DNA of 64,000 nucleotides from Pirellulales bacterium (GTDB lineage: Bacteria > Planctomycetota > Planctomycetia > Pirellulales > PALSA-1355). Under the pieces are notes generated by a model. That model was not told where the DNA came from and did not search any database. It worked only from the letters and a program-made list of their open reading frames with translations. The stretch spans positions 456,424 to 520,423 of the forward strand of contig CAVTBU010000008.1 of NCBI GenBank assembly GCA_963733035.1. The letters are read 5' to 3'. The translations under genes were made by a program, and so were the position numbers. Shown here one piece after another: positions 51,101 through 62,299 of the stretch (positions are counted from its first letter, which is position 1; each line of letters opens with the position of its first letter).

Positions 51101-52179
51101 TCCTCACCCGTGGCGCAGCCAGCAACCCAGACCCGGATCGGCGCGTCGGCGGAGCGGCCCGCCAGAAGCCTTGGGAAGACGATCTGCTTAAGAGCTTCGA
51201 ATGTTTCCGGGTCACGGAAGAAGCTGGTCACTTGGATAAAGACATCATCGAACAAAGCCTGCAATTCAGCGGTATTCTCACGCAGATAGCGCAGATATTC
51301 CTCGATATTGTGCAGCCTGCAGAGCACCATGCGGCGTTGGATTCGCCGCCGCAGCGTGGGATGCTTGTAGTTTGCTAAGTCGACGCCAAAGGTGGTCGTC
51401 AGCAATCGCACCACTTTGCCAAACTGGTCCTCCTTAACTTTGCCAACGGCCGAGGGAACGGGTTCCTTCTCGTGGTTCGAATAGGGATGCCGTGCAATTC
51501 GCACCAACTCGGCGGCAATCTGGGCGGGCGGCAGTATAAAGTCGACGCACCCCGAAGCCACGGCACTGCGCGGCATGCCGTCATGTTGGGCGCTTTGGTC
51601 CTGCGCGAAGGCAATTCCGCCTTCACCCTTGACAGCCTTGAGCCCCAGCGTGCCGTCCGTACCGGTGCCCGACAGGATCACGCCGATGGCACGACTCTTT
51701 TGGTCCTCGGCCAGCGATCGCAGAAACCTATCGATCGGTAAATGTGGCGTGCGTGCGGTCGTGCGCGGCGTGAGGTGCAACACCCCATGCTCGATAGTCA
51801 AGTCGGCATTCGGCGGAATGATAACCACATGATTGGCGCACGCGGCGGCGCCATCGCTGGCCTCCTCGACGGGCAACGATGTCGCCTTGGACAGGATCTC
51901 GACGAGCGCACTGGGATGATGAGGATCAAGGTGCTGGATCAGCACGAACGCCATCCCGGAGTCAGATGGTAGTGATTCCAAGAGCGCTTTGACAGCTTCG
52001 AGGCCGCCGGCCGAAGAGCCAATGCCCACGATATAAGTTGGCCGGCCCAGAGCGGCATCCGTCGGCGCCGAAACGGCTTCGCCGGACGGCCCGCGCGATG
52101 CAGTAGCAGGAGCTTCCGACGGGTTTGGATCAGCAGAAACCGGAGTCGGTTGGTTTTTGTTTCTCCTTCGGACAGCCAT
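48122..52179 (-). CDS. CheB-CheR-coiled coil-PAS-histidine kinase fusion, frameshift near 49225
   Basis: GIGSSAGG and ILSGTGTDG (CheB); VTSFFRD, GCATGEE, SCRNLLIY (CheR); NEELQ heptads; PAS; shifted frame joins ...GQPSELILLAFDD to a PAS and HisKA_3 domain (QELHDGIGQEL, DDGKG). Confidence 0.85.
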
Positions 52180-52586
52180 GCGTTGTTCCATGTGGGATGC
52201 GAGCCAGATGTAGATTTCCCCATCGCGGATTGGAAATCCTGGTTCATCATCTCGAAAGGCTGGCCGGGTAGCAATGTCCGACGCCGACCTTCGGGACGGC
52301 TCGTCGGCACCGCCGGCTGATTTCCGAGCCCATTTGCCTCGTTTGGCGACCGGTCGGCTGCCAAACGCTCGTTTCCCGAGGTTTCTCGTGCCATGGTCAT
52401 TGCTCACGCTTCGGCAAGGCATGGCGGATTTCTCGATCCAGGATTGGGGATCTTCTCGATTGGCGGCGAACCGCGGCAGCCCCACAATTGGGCAGACTGT
52501 CACAGCATTGGCCAGGATAAAAGAGTTTCGCGGCCCAATCGGACAGCCGGCTCTCATCTAACTCTCATCGCCAGCAGGACCCAACG

Positions 52587-52880
52587 ATGTTTCAAATCAG
52601 AACCGACGAGACGGCGCCCAGTTGTGCCAGCTCTGAACCGAGCGAAACCGATCCGGCCGAGTTGGTGGCAGCACGACTGCGGCGCAGCGGCTATCCGCCT
52701 CTGTGGGACGTTTCGTGTGAGTTCAGCGAGGGCACCCTCACGCTTTCGGGAACCGTCCCATCCTTTCACTTGAAGCAGGTAGCCCAGGAGTTGGCTGCGC
52801 ATACGCTGGGGGTCAGGCAGGTCGAAAATGGCTTATATGTGAAAACCACGGCCCGTCGAGCGCAGGCTCAGCCGCGGTAA
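52587..52880 (+). CDS. BON-domain protein
   Basis: GTLTLSGTVPSFHLKQVAQE...GVRQVEN. Confidence 0.85.
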   Translation: MFQIRTDETAPSCASSEPSETDPAELVAARLRRSGYPPLWDVSCEFSEGTLTLSGTVPSFHLKQVAQELAAHTLGVRQVENGLYVKTTARRAQAQPR

Positions 52881-52948
52881 GTGCAAACAGGCTACGGAGA
52901 CGACGGGCTTGAGCAAGACGTCGATCGCCCAGTCAGGAGCGGATAGCT

Positions 52949-54079
52949 ATGTCAATCGAACCATCAAAGGTGTTGGTGATCGGGGACCGCCGTGCCGCAA
53001 CGAACACCCTCCTCAATATGCTGCACTGCTGTGGGCACCGAGTCGATTGCGCCTGCGACGTGGGCAGTGCGAACAGTGGCGATCTATCCGAGTACATGGC
53101 GATCATCATCGACGAAGACGGGGTTGAGGATACGCTGGACAGACTGGTGGCCGGGTTGCGGCATCGGGCGCCGACTGCGGGAGTTGTCATCATTGCAACT
53201 TCACAGCCTGATGATCAGACACTGAGCTCACGATACGAGATCGCCGACGATTGGCTGACAAAACCTGTCACGGCATATCACGTTCGGCTGAGCATCGCGC
53301 GCGCTATAAAACTGCAACGCATGAAGCAGTCGTTGCGTGACACGGATCGATTGGCGGTGCTGGGGCGAATGGTGGCGTATCTGGCGCATGAAGGTCGTAA
53401 TATCTTGTCGACATCCTCCAATTGTGCAGAACTCCTCGAATTCAAGCTTATTGGCTGCCCTAGCTTGATCGAGTTGACAACCTTGCTGCGGTCCTCCCAC
53501 GCCCATTTGTCGCGATTGTTCGATGATGTGTGTGGATACGCCGGGTCCGTTAAGGTGAAGGTCGAGCCGTGCAACTTGCGAGAACGTTTTCTGTCTGTGT
53601 GCGAAGATTTGAAAAGAACCGGCCTCACGAAACGCATCGAGGTGGTTGAGCACTTCGTCGAATCGGATTTGTGTTGCCAAGCCGATCCTTTCCGTGTGGA
53701 CCAGGTGTATCGGAATCTTGTGCAGAACTCGCTGGCCGCTAGCCCCGATCCGGTTCGGCTCACCGCCTCCTGGTCGGCGACCCAACTGGAAGGACGCCCG
53801 GCTCTGCGATTGTCCTTGCGTGATAACGGTCCTGGATTCTCAGACGAGCAGAGGCAGCAGGCATTTGAGCCGTTTGCAACGACCAAGTCCGAGGGCACCG
53901 GGCTCGGCTTGGCCATCGCCAAACAAATCGTCGAGGCGCATGGAGGCACAATTGAACTTTGTGCAAGCGACTCCGGGGGCGCTGAGTTTGTGATCACAAT
54001 CCCGCGAGGGAACGCCCCGAGCAAGGCACAACCAATTACTGCTGGGAAGCACTGCGGACACGAATCGGTCTGCGTTTGA
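52949..54079 (+). CDS. Histidine kinase with degenerate N-terminal receiver domain
   Basis: [33 protein letters not shown]; receiver-like WLTKP. Confidence 0.85.
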   Translation: MSIEPSKVLVIGDRRAATNTLLNMLHCCGHRVDCACDVGSANSGDLSEYMAIIIDEDGVEDTLDRLVAGLRHRAPTAGVVIIATSQPDDQTLSSRYEIADDWLTKPVTAYHVRLSIARAIKLQRMKQSLRDTDRLAVLGRMVAYLAHEGRNILSTSSNCAELLEFKLIGCPSLIELTTLLRSSHAHLSRLFDDVCGYAGSVKVKVEPCNLRERFLSVCEDLKRTGLTKRIEVVEHFVESDLCCQADPFRVDQVYRNLVQNSLAASPDPVRLTASWSATQLEGRPALRLSLRDNGPGFSDEQRQQAFEPFATTKSEGTGLGLAIAKQIVEAHGGTIELCASDSGGAEFVITIPRGNAPSKAQPITAGKHCGHESVCV

Positions 54080-54212
54080 ATATATTCGAGGGTTCATGCG
54101 AAAGCCGGAACTCCTCAAAAGAACCGGAGAACATTTGTGGCTGCGGATAATGCGACGGAGCCAACGCAACTGGCGTGGCCCAACTCAAATACGCCGCTGG
54201 GAGAATTCGGCC

Positions 54213-54443
54213 ATGCTTGTATTGTCGCGGAAGCTCGGCGAAAGCATTTGCATCGGAGCCAATATCGCCGTGGTCATCACGCAGATCGATGACGGTCGCG
54301 TCAAGATCGGGATCGAGGCTCCCAAGTCAATTCCGATCTTTCGGAGAGAGTTGACCAGCAGTTCGCAAACAAGAAACGGGAGCACAATCACGGCTCCGAG
54401 GAATTCGACAAATGGAGACGGCAAGAGGGATTCTGCGAATTAA
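54213..54443 (+). CDS. csrA: Carbon storage regulator CsrA
   Basis: [12 protein letters not shown]...[24 protein letters not shown]. Confidence 0.92.
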   Translation: MLVLSRKLGESICIGANIAVVITQIDDGRVKIGIEAPKSIPIFRRELTSSSQTRNGSTITAPRNSTNGDGKRDSAN

Positions 54444-54500
54444 CGGGCTAGAGACGGTCACCCAGAACCGTCGGCACAGAGGCCGCTAGGGAGGTTACGA

Positions 54501-54782
54501 GTGGACCAACAACCATCAAAAAATGGTCGTGCCGCGCTGGTCGTCCTACCAAGGCAACCCAGCGGAAATGGTAATCGGTTGGCAGTTACCCCAATCGCTC
54601 ACGCCGCAGCGATCGGCGAGCCACCAAATGCCTGGCTCTGCCAGCTCAGTTCGGATCGGCCGACGTACGAATGCCCGAACTGCAAAGAGTCGGGCATGCA
54701 ATTCTTTGCCGAAAGACGCGACATGCCGGGAAGGGAGGAGTTTTTTTATTGTCATGCCTGCGGATCCAATTGGGAAATGTAG
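54501..54782 (+). CDS. Small hypothetical Zn-ribbon protein
   Basis: GGAGG RBS before GTG; CPNC...FYCHACGSNW (TFIIS-like ribbon). Confidence 0.5.
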   Translation: MDQQPSKNGRAALVVLPRQPSGNGNRLAVTPIAHAAAIGEPPNAWLCQLSSDRPTYECPNCKESGMQFFAERRDMPGREEFFYCHACGSNWEM

Positions 54783-54789
54783 CAGATCG

Positions 54790-55163
54790 GACACACTCGC
54801 GAAGGACGGTCAGCCTTGGAATCAATCGCTTTGAACTGGAACACATGGGCCGCGGCCCCCCAGGAGATTCACGCTCATTTGATCGGCGATCTCCTAGTGG
54901 TGCGTCTCGTCGGCGTGTTGACTCTGACCGAACGGCAACTCATTAACGTGGTCGATGCCGAGCAGGGGCGCGACTTAGTCAAGCAAGTCCGGACGCATCT
55001 GATCGAAACGGCACGGCCAGTGTTGCAAGCCATGATCGAGAAGGGCACCGGGGTTCAGTTGATCAGCCTGAACCATGACCTCAATACAGTCGGTGAAGAG
55101 TTGTTCATCTTCACCCTCGCTACGGCTTCCCGTGTACGCGAAGCAATAAAGAATGGGAATTGA
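54790..55163 (+). CDS. DUF2294 (MpsC-like) protein; frameshift near 54857, 5' end degraded or uncertain
   Basis: GINRFELEHMGRGP joins QEIHAHLIGDLLVVRLVGVLT...GRDLVKQVR across a C run. Confidence 0.7.
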
Positions 55164-55174
55164 ATAGTTGAACC

Positions 55175-55393
55175 ATGAAAACTCAGAATGCCGGCACTTT
55201 CATCTACCATTGCATCTCATGCGGCCGCGTCGTGCATGCCGAGCTGGACGGCGAGCCGCCCCAATGCTGCGGGCACGCAATGACGAAAGCCTGCGCGGAG
55301 GCGATCCACGAAGGCGACCTCGCTGGAGAGATGGCGGGCGGCGAAACCGAAACGCCGCCGCCGGTGATTAAAGGCAGCAAGAAGCTCCGGTGA
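55175..55393 (+). CDS. Small Cys-rich hypothetical protein
   Basis: YHCISCG...PQCCGHAM (rubredoxin/desulforedoxin-like motif). Confidence 0.6.
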   Translation: MKTQNAGTFIYHCISCGRVVHAELDGEPPQCCGHAMTKACAEAIHEGDLAGEMAGGETETPPPVIKGSKKLR

Positions 55394-55429
55394 TCCGCAT
55401 TCGGCTTAATTCGAAACTGGAGAACTGAA

Positions 55430-55588
55430 ATGCTTGGCACCATTCTGCTGGTGGTTCTGATTCTGTTGCTACTGGGTGTGCTTCCCACTTGGCCTCACAG
55501 CAGAAGCTGGGGCTATGGCCCGAGTGGTGGGCTTGGATTGATTGTCGTAATTCTGATCATCCTAATACTCCTGGGATATCTCCGCTGA
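55430..55588 (+). CDS. DUF3309 small membrane protein
   Basis: Below the ORF-track cutoff; 52 aa MLGTILLVVLILLLLGVLPTWPHSRSWGYGPSGGLG...; GGAG RBS. Confidence 0.9.
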   Translation: MLGTILLVVLILLLLGVLPTWPHSRSWGYGPSGGLGLIVVILIILILLGYLR

Positions 55589-55735
55589 CCATCAATACCG
55601 AGTAGGAGGTTTCTTCATGTCCCGGATGCGACCGAGAAAGCGACCACCGGATCGTAATCCGCCCCATGAATGCCTGCGGCGAGTAGCCCGGGCATGCCTT
55701 GGCGGCCTCGACATGAATGTTAGGGAGCACTTTTT

Positions 55736-57583
55736 ATGGCAACAACCTCTCCTAAGAAAGTTCGCGCCGGAATGGGAGCAATCCCGCACGAGTCCGGCGT
55801 GGCATTTCGTGTCTGGGCCCCCCACGCCGACACAGTGTACGTGACGGGCTCGTTCAACCAGTGGTCACCCGACGCACACCCCATGGCGAAGGAGGGAGAT
55901 GGGCATTGGTATGCGGATATCGCCCCGGCCACCATCGGCAACGAGTATCGCTACCGCATCGTGAGCGGCGACAAGCAACTGCTGCGGATCGACCCCTATG
56001 CGCGCCATGTTACCAGCTCTGTGGGAAACGCAGTGGTTCACGACCCGCACTTTGACTGGGAAGGCGACGATTTCCACCTGCCTGCCGTGAACGAACTGGT
56101 GATCTATGAGATGCACCTGGGAACTTTTCACGACAAAGAGGACGGAACGTCAGACAAATTCGAAGAGGCGGTCCAAAAACTCGACCATTTACAGCGATTG
56201 GGTGTAAACGTCATCGAAGTCATGCCCTTGGCCCAGTTCGCCGGCAACTTGTCGTGGGGATACAACCCATCTTGCGTTTTCGCCGTGGAAACGAACTATG
56301 GAGGTCCGGCTGCCTTCAAGCGGTTCGTCAAAACGGTACATCGGGCCGGCCTGGGGGTGATCCTCGACGTCGTCTACAACCACTTTGGGCCGAGCGACCT
56401 GGACCTGTGGCAATTTGACGGCTGGAGCGAGAACGGACTGGGCGGCATCTACTTCTACAACGACTGGCGCGCCAAGACCCCCTGGGGATCAACCCGCCCC
56501 GACTACGGCCGCAAGGAAGTGCGCCAATTCATCCGCGACAACGCCCTGATGTGGCTGGAGGAGTATCACGTCGACGGTTTGCGGCTCGACATGACTCTAT
56601 TTATGCGGAACGTGCGGGGAGACGGCGATCCGGGCGACGACTTGGCCGACGGCTGGAGCCTTGTCCAGTGGATCAATCGCGAAGTCCGGCAGCGGTATCC
56701 AGAACGCATCACGATCGCCGAGGACTTGCAGAACGACGAGTGGCTCACGAAGCCGGTCGACCAGGGCGGGGCGGGGTTCACGGCTCAATGGAGCGCAGGC
56801 TTTGTGCATCCCGTACGGGCGGCCGTCATCACGCCCAGCGATGCGCAGCGGTCGCTCGACAGCGTGCGCGGGGCGATCGCGGGCCGCTACAACGGGGACC
56901 CTTTCCAACGCGTCATCTACAGCGAGTCACACGACGAGGTGGCAAATGGAAAATCCCGAGTCGCTTCGGAGATCGATCCGCAGAATCCCGACAGTTGGTT
57001 CGCACAGAAGCGCACGACGTTGGCGGCGGCCCTGGTGCTCACATCACCGGGCATCCCGATGCTATTTCAGGGACAGGAGTTTCTCGAAGACGGCTGGTTC
57101 CAGGATTCGCTACCGCTCGACTGGCACAAGTCGGAGGAGTTCATCGGCCTGGTGCGGATGTATCGAGACTTGATTCATCTTCGGCTCAACCGGTTCGGTT
57201 CAACGCGAGGTCTTTCAGGATCCGGTCTGAACACCTTCCATCAGAATCAGGCCGACAATGTCCTTGCCTATCATCGTTGGCACCAAGGTGGCCCTGGCGA
57301 TGACGTGGTCGTTGTCGTGAATCTCTCCCATCTTGCGCACGAAAACTACAAGCTGGGGTTTCCGTCGCCGGGAACGTGGCGATTGCGGGTGAACAGCGAC
57401 TGGAACGGCTATAGTCGCGGCTTTGGAAACCAAGCCAGCTCCGATGTCGTCGCCGGAGCGGAGCAACGCGACAAACGGCAGGAAGCAAGCGCCGCGCAGC
57501 GGGATGGCTTCCCCGCGGTGGCAACGATCAGCATCGGATCCTACAGCGTTTTGGTTTTCTCACAAGACAAACCGCACGGGTAG
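55736..57583 (+). CDS. GH13 alpha-amylase-family enzyme with CBM48 (branching enzyme/TreZ-like)
   Basis: FRVWAPHA, IYEMHLG, WGYNP, DVVYNH, DGLRLD, AED, ESHDE. Confidence 0.9.
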   Translation: MATTSPKKVRAGMGAIPHESGVAFRVWAPHADTVYVTGSFNQWSPDAHPMAKEGDGHWYADIAPATIGNEYRYRIVSGDKQLLRIDPYARHVTSSVGNAVVHDPHFDWEGDDFHLPAVNELVIYEMHLGTFHDKEDGTSDKFEEAVQKLDHLQRLGVNVIEVMPLAQFAGNLSWGYNPSCVFAVETNYGGPAAFKRFVKTVHRAGLGVILDVVYNHFGPSDLDLWQFDGWSENGLGGIYFYNDWRAKTPWGSTRPDYGRKEVRQFIRDNALMWLEEYHVDGLRLDMTLFMRNVRGDGDPGDDLADGWSLVQWINREVRQRYPERITIAEDLQNDEWLTKPVDQGGAGFTAQWSAGFVHPVRAAVITPSDAQRSLDSVRGAIAGRYNGDPFQRVIYSESHDEVANGKSRVASEIDPQNPDSWFAQKRTTLAAALVLTSPGIPMLFQGQEFLEDGWFQDSLPLDWHKSEEFIGLVRMYRDLIHLRLNRFGSTRGLSGSGLNTFHQNQADNVLAYHRWHQGGPGDDVVVVVNLSHLAHENYKLGFPSPGTWRLRVNSDWNGYSRGFGNQASSDVVAGAEQRDKRQEASAAQRDGFPAVATISIGSYSVLVFSQDKPHG

Positions 57584-57723
57584 CAGTCATGCCTATCGGA
57601 AACGTGGGTCAAAGAGTGCACCTGTTGAGCTTGATCAGGCCACAGCGGACGATTCCCATGCTCTGCTGCTGGCCCTCGGATTGATGAGATTACGATTGGG
57701 TCAGATTTGCCAGGAATATTCTC

Positions 57724-58121
57724 ATGCGTAAAAGAGAACAGGCCGGCTTCGAATTGCGATTGACCGAACTGCGCAAACTGCTGCTGCGGGAAGTCGATTC
57801 GGCCGAAAAGGCGCGGCGCGAGGAAGTGGTGAAGCCAAGCGACATATCGAGCGTACCCACGCATCCGGCCGACGATGACGTCGAGGGGTTAGAAAGCGAG
57901 ATTGCGATTGCTCAGAACGAAGAGTTGCTGCTCGAGCAGGTAAAAGCGGCGCTTGAACGGATCCGGGCTGGAAGGTACGGCGTTTGCAGTAGTGGGGGCG
58001 CACAATTGACGCGCAGCGCCTGCAGGCCGTTCCTTATGCGTCCCGTTGTATCGATTGCGCTCGCGGCCAACGTGACCAGATCGAGAAACCGGTGCGCGGC
58101 GAACCGCGACGGTTTCGATGA
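57724..58121 (+). CDS. TraR/DksA C4 zinc-finger protein, frameshift near 57990
   Basis: HPAD, AALERI..GRYGVC; shifted frame reads IDAQRLQAVPYASRCIDCAR. Confidence 0.8.
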
Positions 58122-58271
58122 GTTTGCGCGTTGCCGGTCGCCGATAGCGGGGAACCGGGCGCAGTTCGTACTGATGGTAAAACAAACCAGTAGCTGGTAA
58201 GAGACGGGGAGCACGGTGCGCCTGTTTTGAAGATTCACGCAACACTGCAACGAAGCATAAGGAAGTAAATA

Positions 58272-58805
58272 ATGTCCAACACCAATTCTGTCGTCGCCGT
58301 CTTTGCCTCGCACGATCAGGCTGAGAATGCCGTTCGCGAACTTCAGAGGGATGGCTTCGACATGAAGAAGCTTTCGATCGTCGGCAAAGATTACCACACC
58401 GAAGAGCACGTTGTTGGTTACTACACCACCGGGGACCGAATGCTGTACTGGGGCAAGTTGGGCGCCATCTGGGGCGGCTTCTGGGGGTTACTTTTCGGGT
58501 CCGCATTCTTCTGGGTGCCGGGCGTTGGCCAGCTGCTCGTGGCGGGACCGCTGGTAATGTGGATCGTCGGGGCGCTCGAAAGCGCTGCCGTGACAGGGGG
58601 GCTCACCGCTCTGGGCGCCGGACTGTACAGCATCGGCATTCCAAAGAACAGTGTCATGCAATACGAGACCGAGGTGAAAAGCGGCAAACTACTGCTGGTT
58701 GCCCACGGGACGTCCGAGGAAGTTGAGCGTGCGAGGGCTATCCTGCAGCAGAGTCAAGCACAGACAACGACGGTTCACCCCGATCAGGCGGCCGCTGGCG
58801 TGTAA
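58272..58805 (+). CDS. General-stress membrane protein (DUF1269/YflT-like)
   Basis: VAVFASHDQAENAV, LSIVGKD, Gly-rich TM segment, YETEVKSGK. Confidence 0.8.
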   Translation: MSNTNSVVAVFASHDQAENAVRELQRDGFDMKKLSIVGKDYHTEEHVVGYYTTGDRMLYWGKLGAIWGGFWGLLFGSAFFWVPGVGQLLVAGPLVMWIVGALESAAVTGGLTALGAGLYSIGIPKNSVMQYETEVKSGKLLLVAHGTSEEVERARAILQQSQAQTTTVHPDQAAAGV

Positions 58806-58929
58806 CTCATCGCGATGCGAGTGACCGAGGGCTCGCTTGATCTGCGATCGGAACTTTCAACGTATTTGACAAGGCACCTGCTACCGCATCCGAGTGATTG
58901 TTTCCGGATAATTTAAGAGGACCCGTGTT

Positions 58930-59163
58930 ATGAGAGAAGTCCAAGTTACCCTGCCGGAACTCGCGCTGCTCGTGGGCACCCGGGCAGCCCTCGGGGCCGG
59001 GGTCGGTCTATTGCTGGCGGATTGCCTGCCCGGGAACCAACGCAAGTCCGTTGGATGGACGCTCCTCCTGGTCGGCGCGATCACGACCGTCCCACTCGCG
59101 TTCGAGGTGTTCAACAAAGTCCACGCGTCGGCACCGTCTGGGTTAACAACAAGGTCCGTGTGA
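58930..59163 (+). CDS. Small membrane protein
   Basis: GTRAALGAGVGLLL, VGWTLLLVGAITTVP; GAGG RBS. Confidence 0.7.
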   Translation: MREVQVTLPELALLVGTRAALGAGVGLLLADCLPGNQRKSVGWTLLLVGAITTVPLAFEVFNKVHASAPSGLTTRSV

Positions 59164-59220
59164 CAGAGGGTTCGCGCAGACCTGCTCGATCGTTCGTAAG
59201 GCCCCCGGAGGAGTAGCGAA

Positions 59221-60087
59221 GTGAACTATGTAGAACGCTTCAGAGTACTTCCCGGCACCTCCGTCAAGCTCGCGGACATCGACCCGGGATTCAAGGACCG
59301 CCACCATGAGAGCCACAAAGAGGCGACCAAGGAGATCGAGGACTACCGGCAGAGGCTGAGAGAACTGCAAGAGTTGCTCTATGCCGATGGTCGGCAATCG
59401 TTCCTGCTCTGCCTGCAAGCGCTGGACACGGGAGGCAAGGACGGGACGATCAATCACATTCTGGGTTCAATGAATCCACAAGGCTGCAAAGTGGTGGGGT
59501 TCAAGCAACCGTCCGCCGAGGAGCGCGCGCACGATTTCCTGTGGCGGATCCATCGTGTCACCCCTGCCCGAGGAGTGGTGACGATATTCAACCGTTCCCA
59601 CTACGAGGATGTCCTGATCGCTCGGGTTCATAACCTGGTCCCCAAAGCGATCTGGTCGCGCCGTTACGATCGAATCAACGCATTCGAGAGTGGCCTCGTC
59701 GAGGATGACACTCAGATCCTCAAGTTCTACCTGCACATCTCCAAAGAGGAGCAACTGAAACGCTTTAATGATCGTCTCGACGACCCTTCCAAGCAATGGA
59801 AAATCAGTGAGGCCGATTACAAGGAGCGAACCTACTGGGACGACTACACAGCGGCCTACGAGGAAGCACTCTCCCGTTGCAGCACCGAGCACGCCCCTTG
59901 GTTTATTATCCCTGCCGACCACAAGTGGTTCCGGAACCTCGCCGTGGCCCGGATCGTTGTGGAATACCTGGAATCGCTGAAGATGACGTTCCCGCAGCCT
60001 GCGGTAAATATCGAGCACATTCGCAAGGAGTATCACTCGGCGAAGGCCAAAGCCGTTGACGTGAAAGGCACCGCTTCGAGGGCCTGA
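59221..60087 (+). CDS. Polyphosphate kinase 2 family
   Basis: QALDTGGKDG, FKQPS, HDFLWR, FNRSHYE, ADHKW. Confidence 0.93.
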   Translation: MNYVERFRVLPGTSVKLADIDPGFKDRHHESHKEATKEIEDYRQRLRELQELLYADGRQSFLLCLQALDTGGKDGTINHILGSMNPQGCKVVGFKQPSAEERAHDFLWRIHRVTPARGVVTIFNRSHYEDVLIARVHNLVPKAIWSRRYDRINAFESGLVEDDTQILKFYLHISKEEQLKRFNDRLDDPSKQWKISEADYKERTYWDDYTAAYEEALSRCSTEHAPWFIIPADHKWFRNLAVARIVVEYLESLKMTFPQPAVNIEHIRKEYHSAKAKAVDVKGTASRA

Positions 60088-60208
60088 GCCGATTGCAGCT
60101 CAGGATTTATTTCGGGTGTTTTGTCGATTTCCGGCGAGGATCCTTGCGGGGAAAATCAGCGCAACAAGCGGTTCGAATTCAAATGTCTAGACTTCGGAGT
60201 TCATTGCG

Positions 60209-61133
60209 ATGAGAACGCCCAGCGCATTTCCACTATTAGTCTTCATCGCAATTCTTGGCATTGGCCTAGGGCTGGCATATGCCGTATTTGAGATTTCGGA
60301 TTACACGGAAAGCGCATGGATTGGAGCCTGCACTTTGGTGATTGCCGTGGTCGTGTCTTCCGCAATCCGGGTTGCTAATCAATGGGAGAAAGCGGTGGTA
60401 CTGCGGCTTGGCCGCTTCCGCTCCCTTCAAGGACCGGGGCTGTTCTTCATTTTTCCGATCGTGGACACCATACCCTACTGGATTGACACCCGCGTGATCA
60501 CGGCTTCGTTCAAGGCCGAAAAAACCCTTACCAAGGATACGGTGCCGGTGGACGTGGATGCCGTGCTGTTTTGGAAAGTATTGGATCCCAAAAAAGGCGG
60601 CCTTGGACGTCGCCGACTATCGAAGCGCTATCAGTTGGGCCTCGCAAACGGCGCTACGCGACGTCATCGGCAAGACCATGCTTTCGGACATGCTGGAAGG
60701 CCGAGAGAAAATTAGCAGCGAGCTGCAGAAGATCATTGACGAGCGCACCGAGCCGTGGGGCATCAATGTGATTTCCGTGGAAGTCAAGGATGTGCTGATT
60801 CCCTCGGCCTTGGAAGACGCAATGTCGATGCAAGCCCAGGCCGAAAGAGAGCGGCAGGCCCGGGTGATTCTGGGAGATTCGGAACGACAGGTGGCCGAGA
60901 AGTTTGGAGAAGCGGCCAAGACCCATACCAACAATCCTACGGCTCTCCATTTGAGAGCCATGAACATGCTGTATGAGGGACTGAAACAGAACGCCACGAT
61001 CGTCATTGTGCCCAGCACCGTCGTGGAAACCATGCAACTTGGCAGCGTTGCCAGGCTAACGGCGCTGACCATGGGCCTCGGCCAAGAACAAGCACGTAAA
61101 CAGCCGGACGGCGATCCCGGAAAACAATCGTGA
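60209..61133 (+). CDS. SPFH/band 7 (slipin) protein, frameshift in an A run near 60592
   Basis: VVLRLGR, GPGL, LTKDTVPVDVDAV; second ORF QTALRDVIG, QAQAERERQA. Confidence 0.88.
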
Positions 61134-62299
61134 AAGGTGCAGTAATGATTGAGCAACCAGCAAAAAGCAACCCTCTGAGACAAGTGGCGATCCTCGGCCA
61201 GTCCATCTGGCTGGATTACATCCGCCGCGCTCTGGTTGCCAGCGGCGAATTAAGGCGTTTGATCGACGAGGATGGACTGCGTGGGATGACCTCGAATCCA
61301 TCAATCTTTGAAGAAGCGATCGTCGGAAGTCACGATTACGACGATGACGTTCGGGCTCGGGTGGGAAGAGGAGAAACTGCCAAAGCAATCTATGAGGGAC
61401 TCAGCCAAGCCGACGTGCAAAGTGCCGCCGACGAGTTTCGGACGCTGTACGACAAACTGGACGGCAGCGACGGTTATGTAAGCCTGGAAGTCAATCCACA
61501 TCTTGCGCACGACCCCGAGGGCACGCTGAAGGAAGCACGCCGTTTGTGGACCGCGCTCGACCGTCCCAACGTTTTCATCAAAGTTCCGGCGACAATTGCG
61601 GGACTTCCAGCCATCCAGCAACTCATCAGCGAGGGAATTAATGTCAACGTGACTTTGTTGTTCGGGTTGCCGAGGTATCGCCACATTGCGGAGGCCTACA
61701 TTGCTGGTCTGGAAGCGAGGCTTGCCCAAGGAAAGCCATTGAACCGCGTAGCCTCCGTCGCCAGCTTCTTTTTGAGCCGTATCGATGGGCTAGTGGATCC
61801 GCTGCTGGAAAGGCTCATGGCGCAAGGCGGCGAACAGGCCGAACTGGCAAAGCAGGCCCACGGGCAGATCGCAATCGCTAGCGCAAAAATGGCATATCAG
61901 ATGTTCAAGGAGATCTTCGGTAGCGAACGGTTCAAACGCGTTGCCAGCCGAGGTGGCCGTGTCCAGCGGTTGCTGTGGGCCAGCACGGGCACCAAGAACC
62001 CCGCATACAGCGATGTGAAATATGTTGACGCCCTCATTGGACCGGACACGGTCAACACGGTCCCGCTCAAAACCCTCGACGCTTACCGCGATCACGGCGA
62101 CCCAAAACTCCGGCTCGAAGAAGACGTTGAGCAGGCCCGCTGGGTATTGAACCAACTGCCGGTGCTGGGAATCGACATCGCCGATGTCACGCAACAGCTT
62201 GAGAACGAAGGGGTTGAGAAATTCCGTAAGCCGTTCAGCAAGCTTATGGAGACTTTGGAGAAGGAAATCTCGGCGGAGCACGTGAGCACGACGCAATGA
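61130..62299 (+). CDS. tal: Transaldolase (long, type 2)
   Basis: GQSIWLD, GMTSNPSIF, VSLEV, IKVPAT, ASFFLSRID, LWAST. Confidence 0.93.
   Translation: MKGAVMIEQPAKSNPLRQVAILGQSIWLDYIRRALVASGELRRLIDEDGLRGMTSNPSIFEEAIVGSHDYDDDVRARVGRGETAKAIYEGLSQADVQSAADEFRTLYDKLDGSDGYVSLEVNPHLAHDPEGTLKEARRLWTALDRPNVFIKVPATIAGLPAIQQLISEGINVNVTLLFGLPRYRHIAEAYIAGLEARLAQGKPLNRVASVASFFLSRIDGLVDPLLERLMAQGGEQAELAKQAHGQIAIASAKMAYQMFKEIFGSERFKRVASRGGRVQRLLWASTGTKNPAYSDVKYVDALIGPDTVNTVPLKTLDAYRDHGDPKLRLEEDVEQARWVLNQLPVLGIDIADVTQQLENEGVEKFRKPFSKLMETLEKEISAEHVSTTQ

Noticed and set aside
60585..60600. Programmed ribosomal frameshift at the A run in the SPFH gene (and at other split genes)
   Set aside because: No precedent I know of for these families, and similar indels occur throughout the window; sequencing error is simpler.
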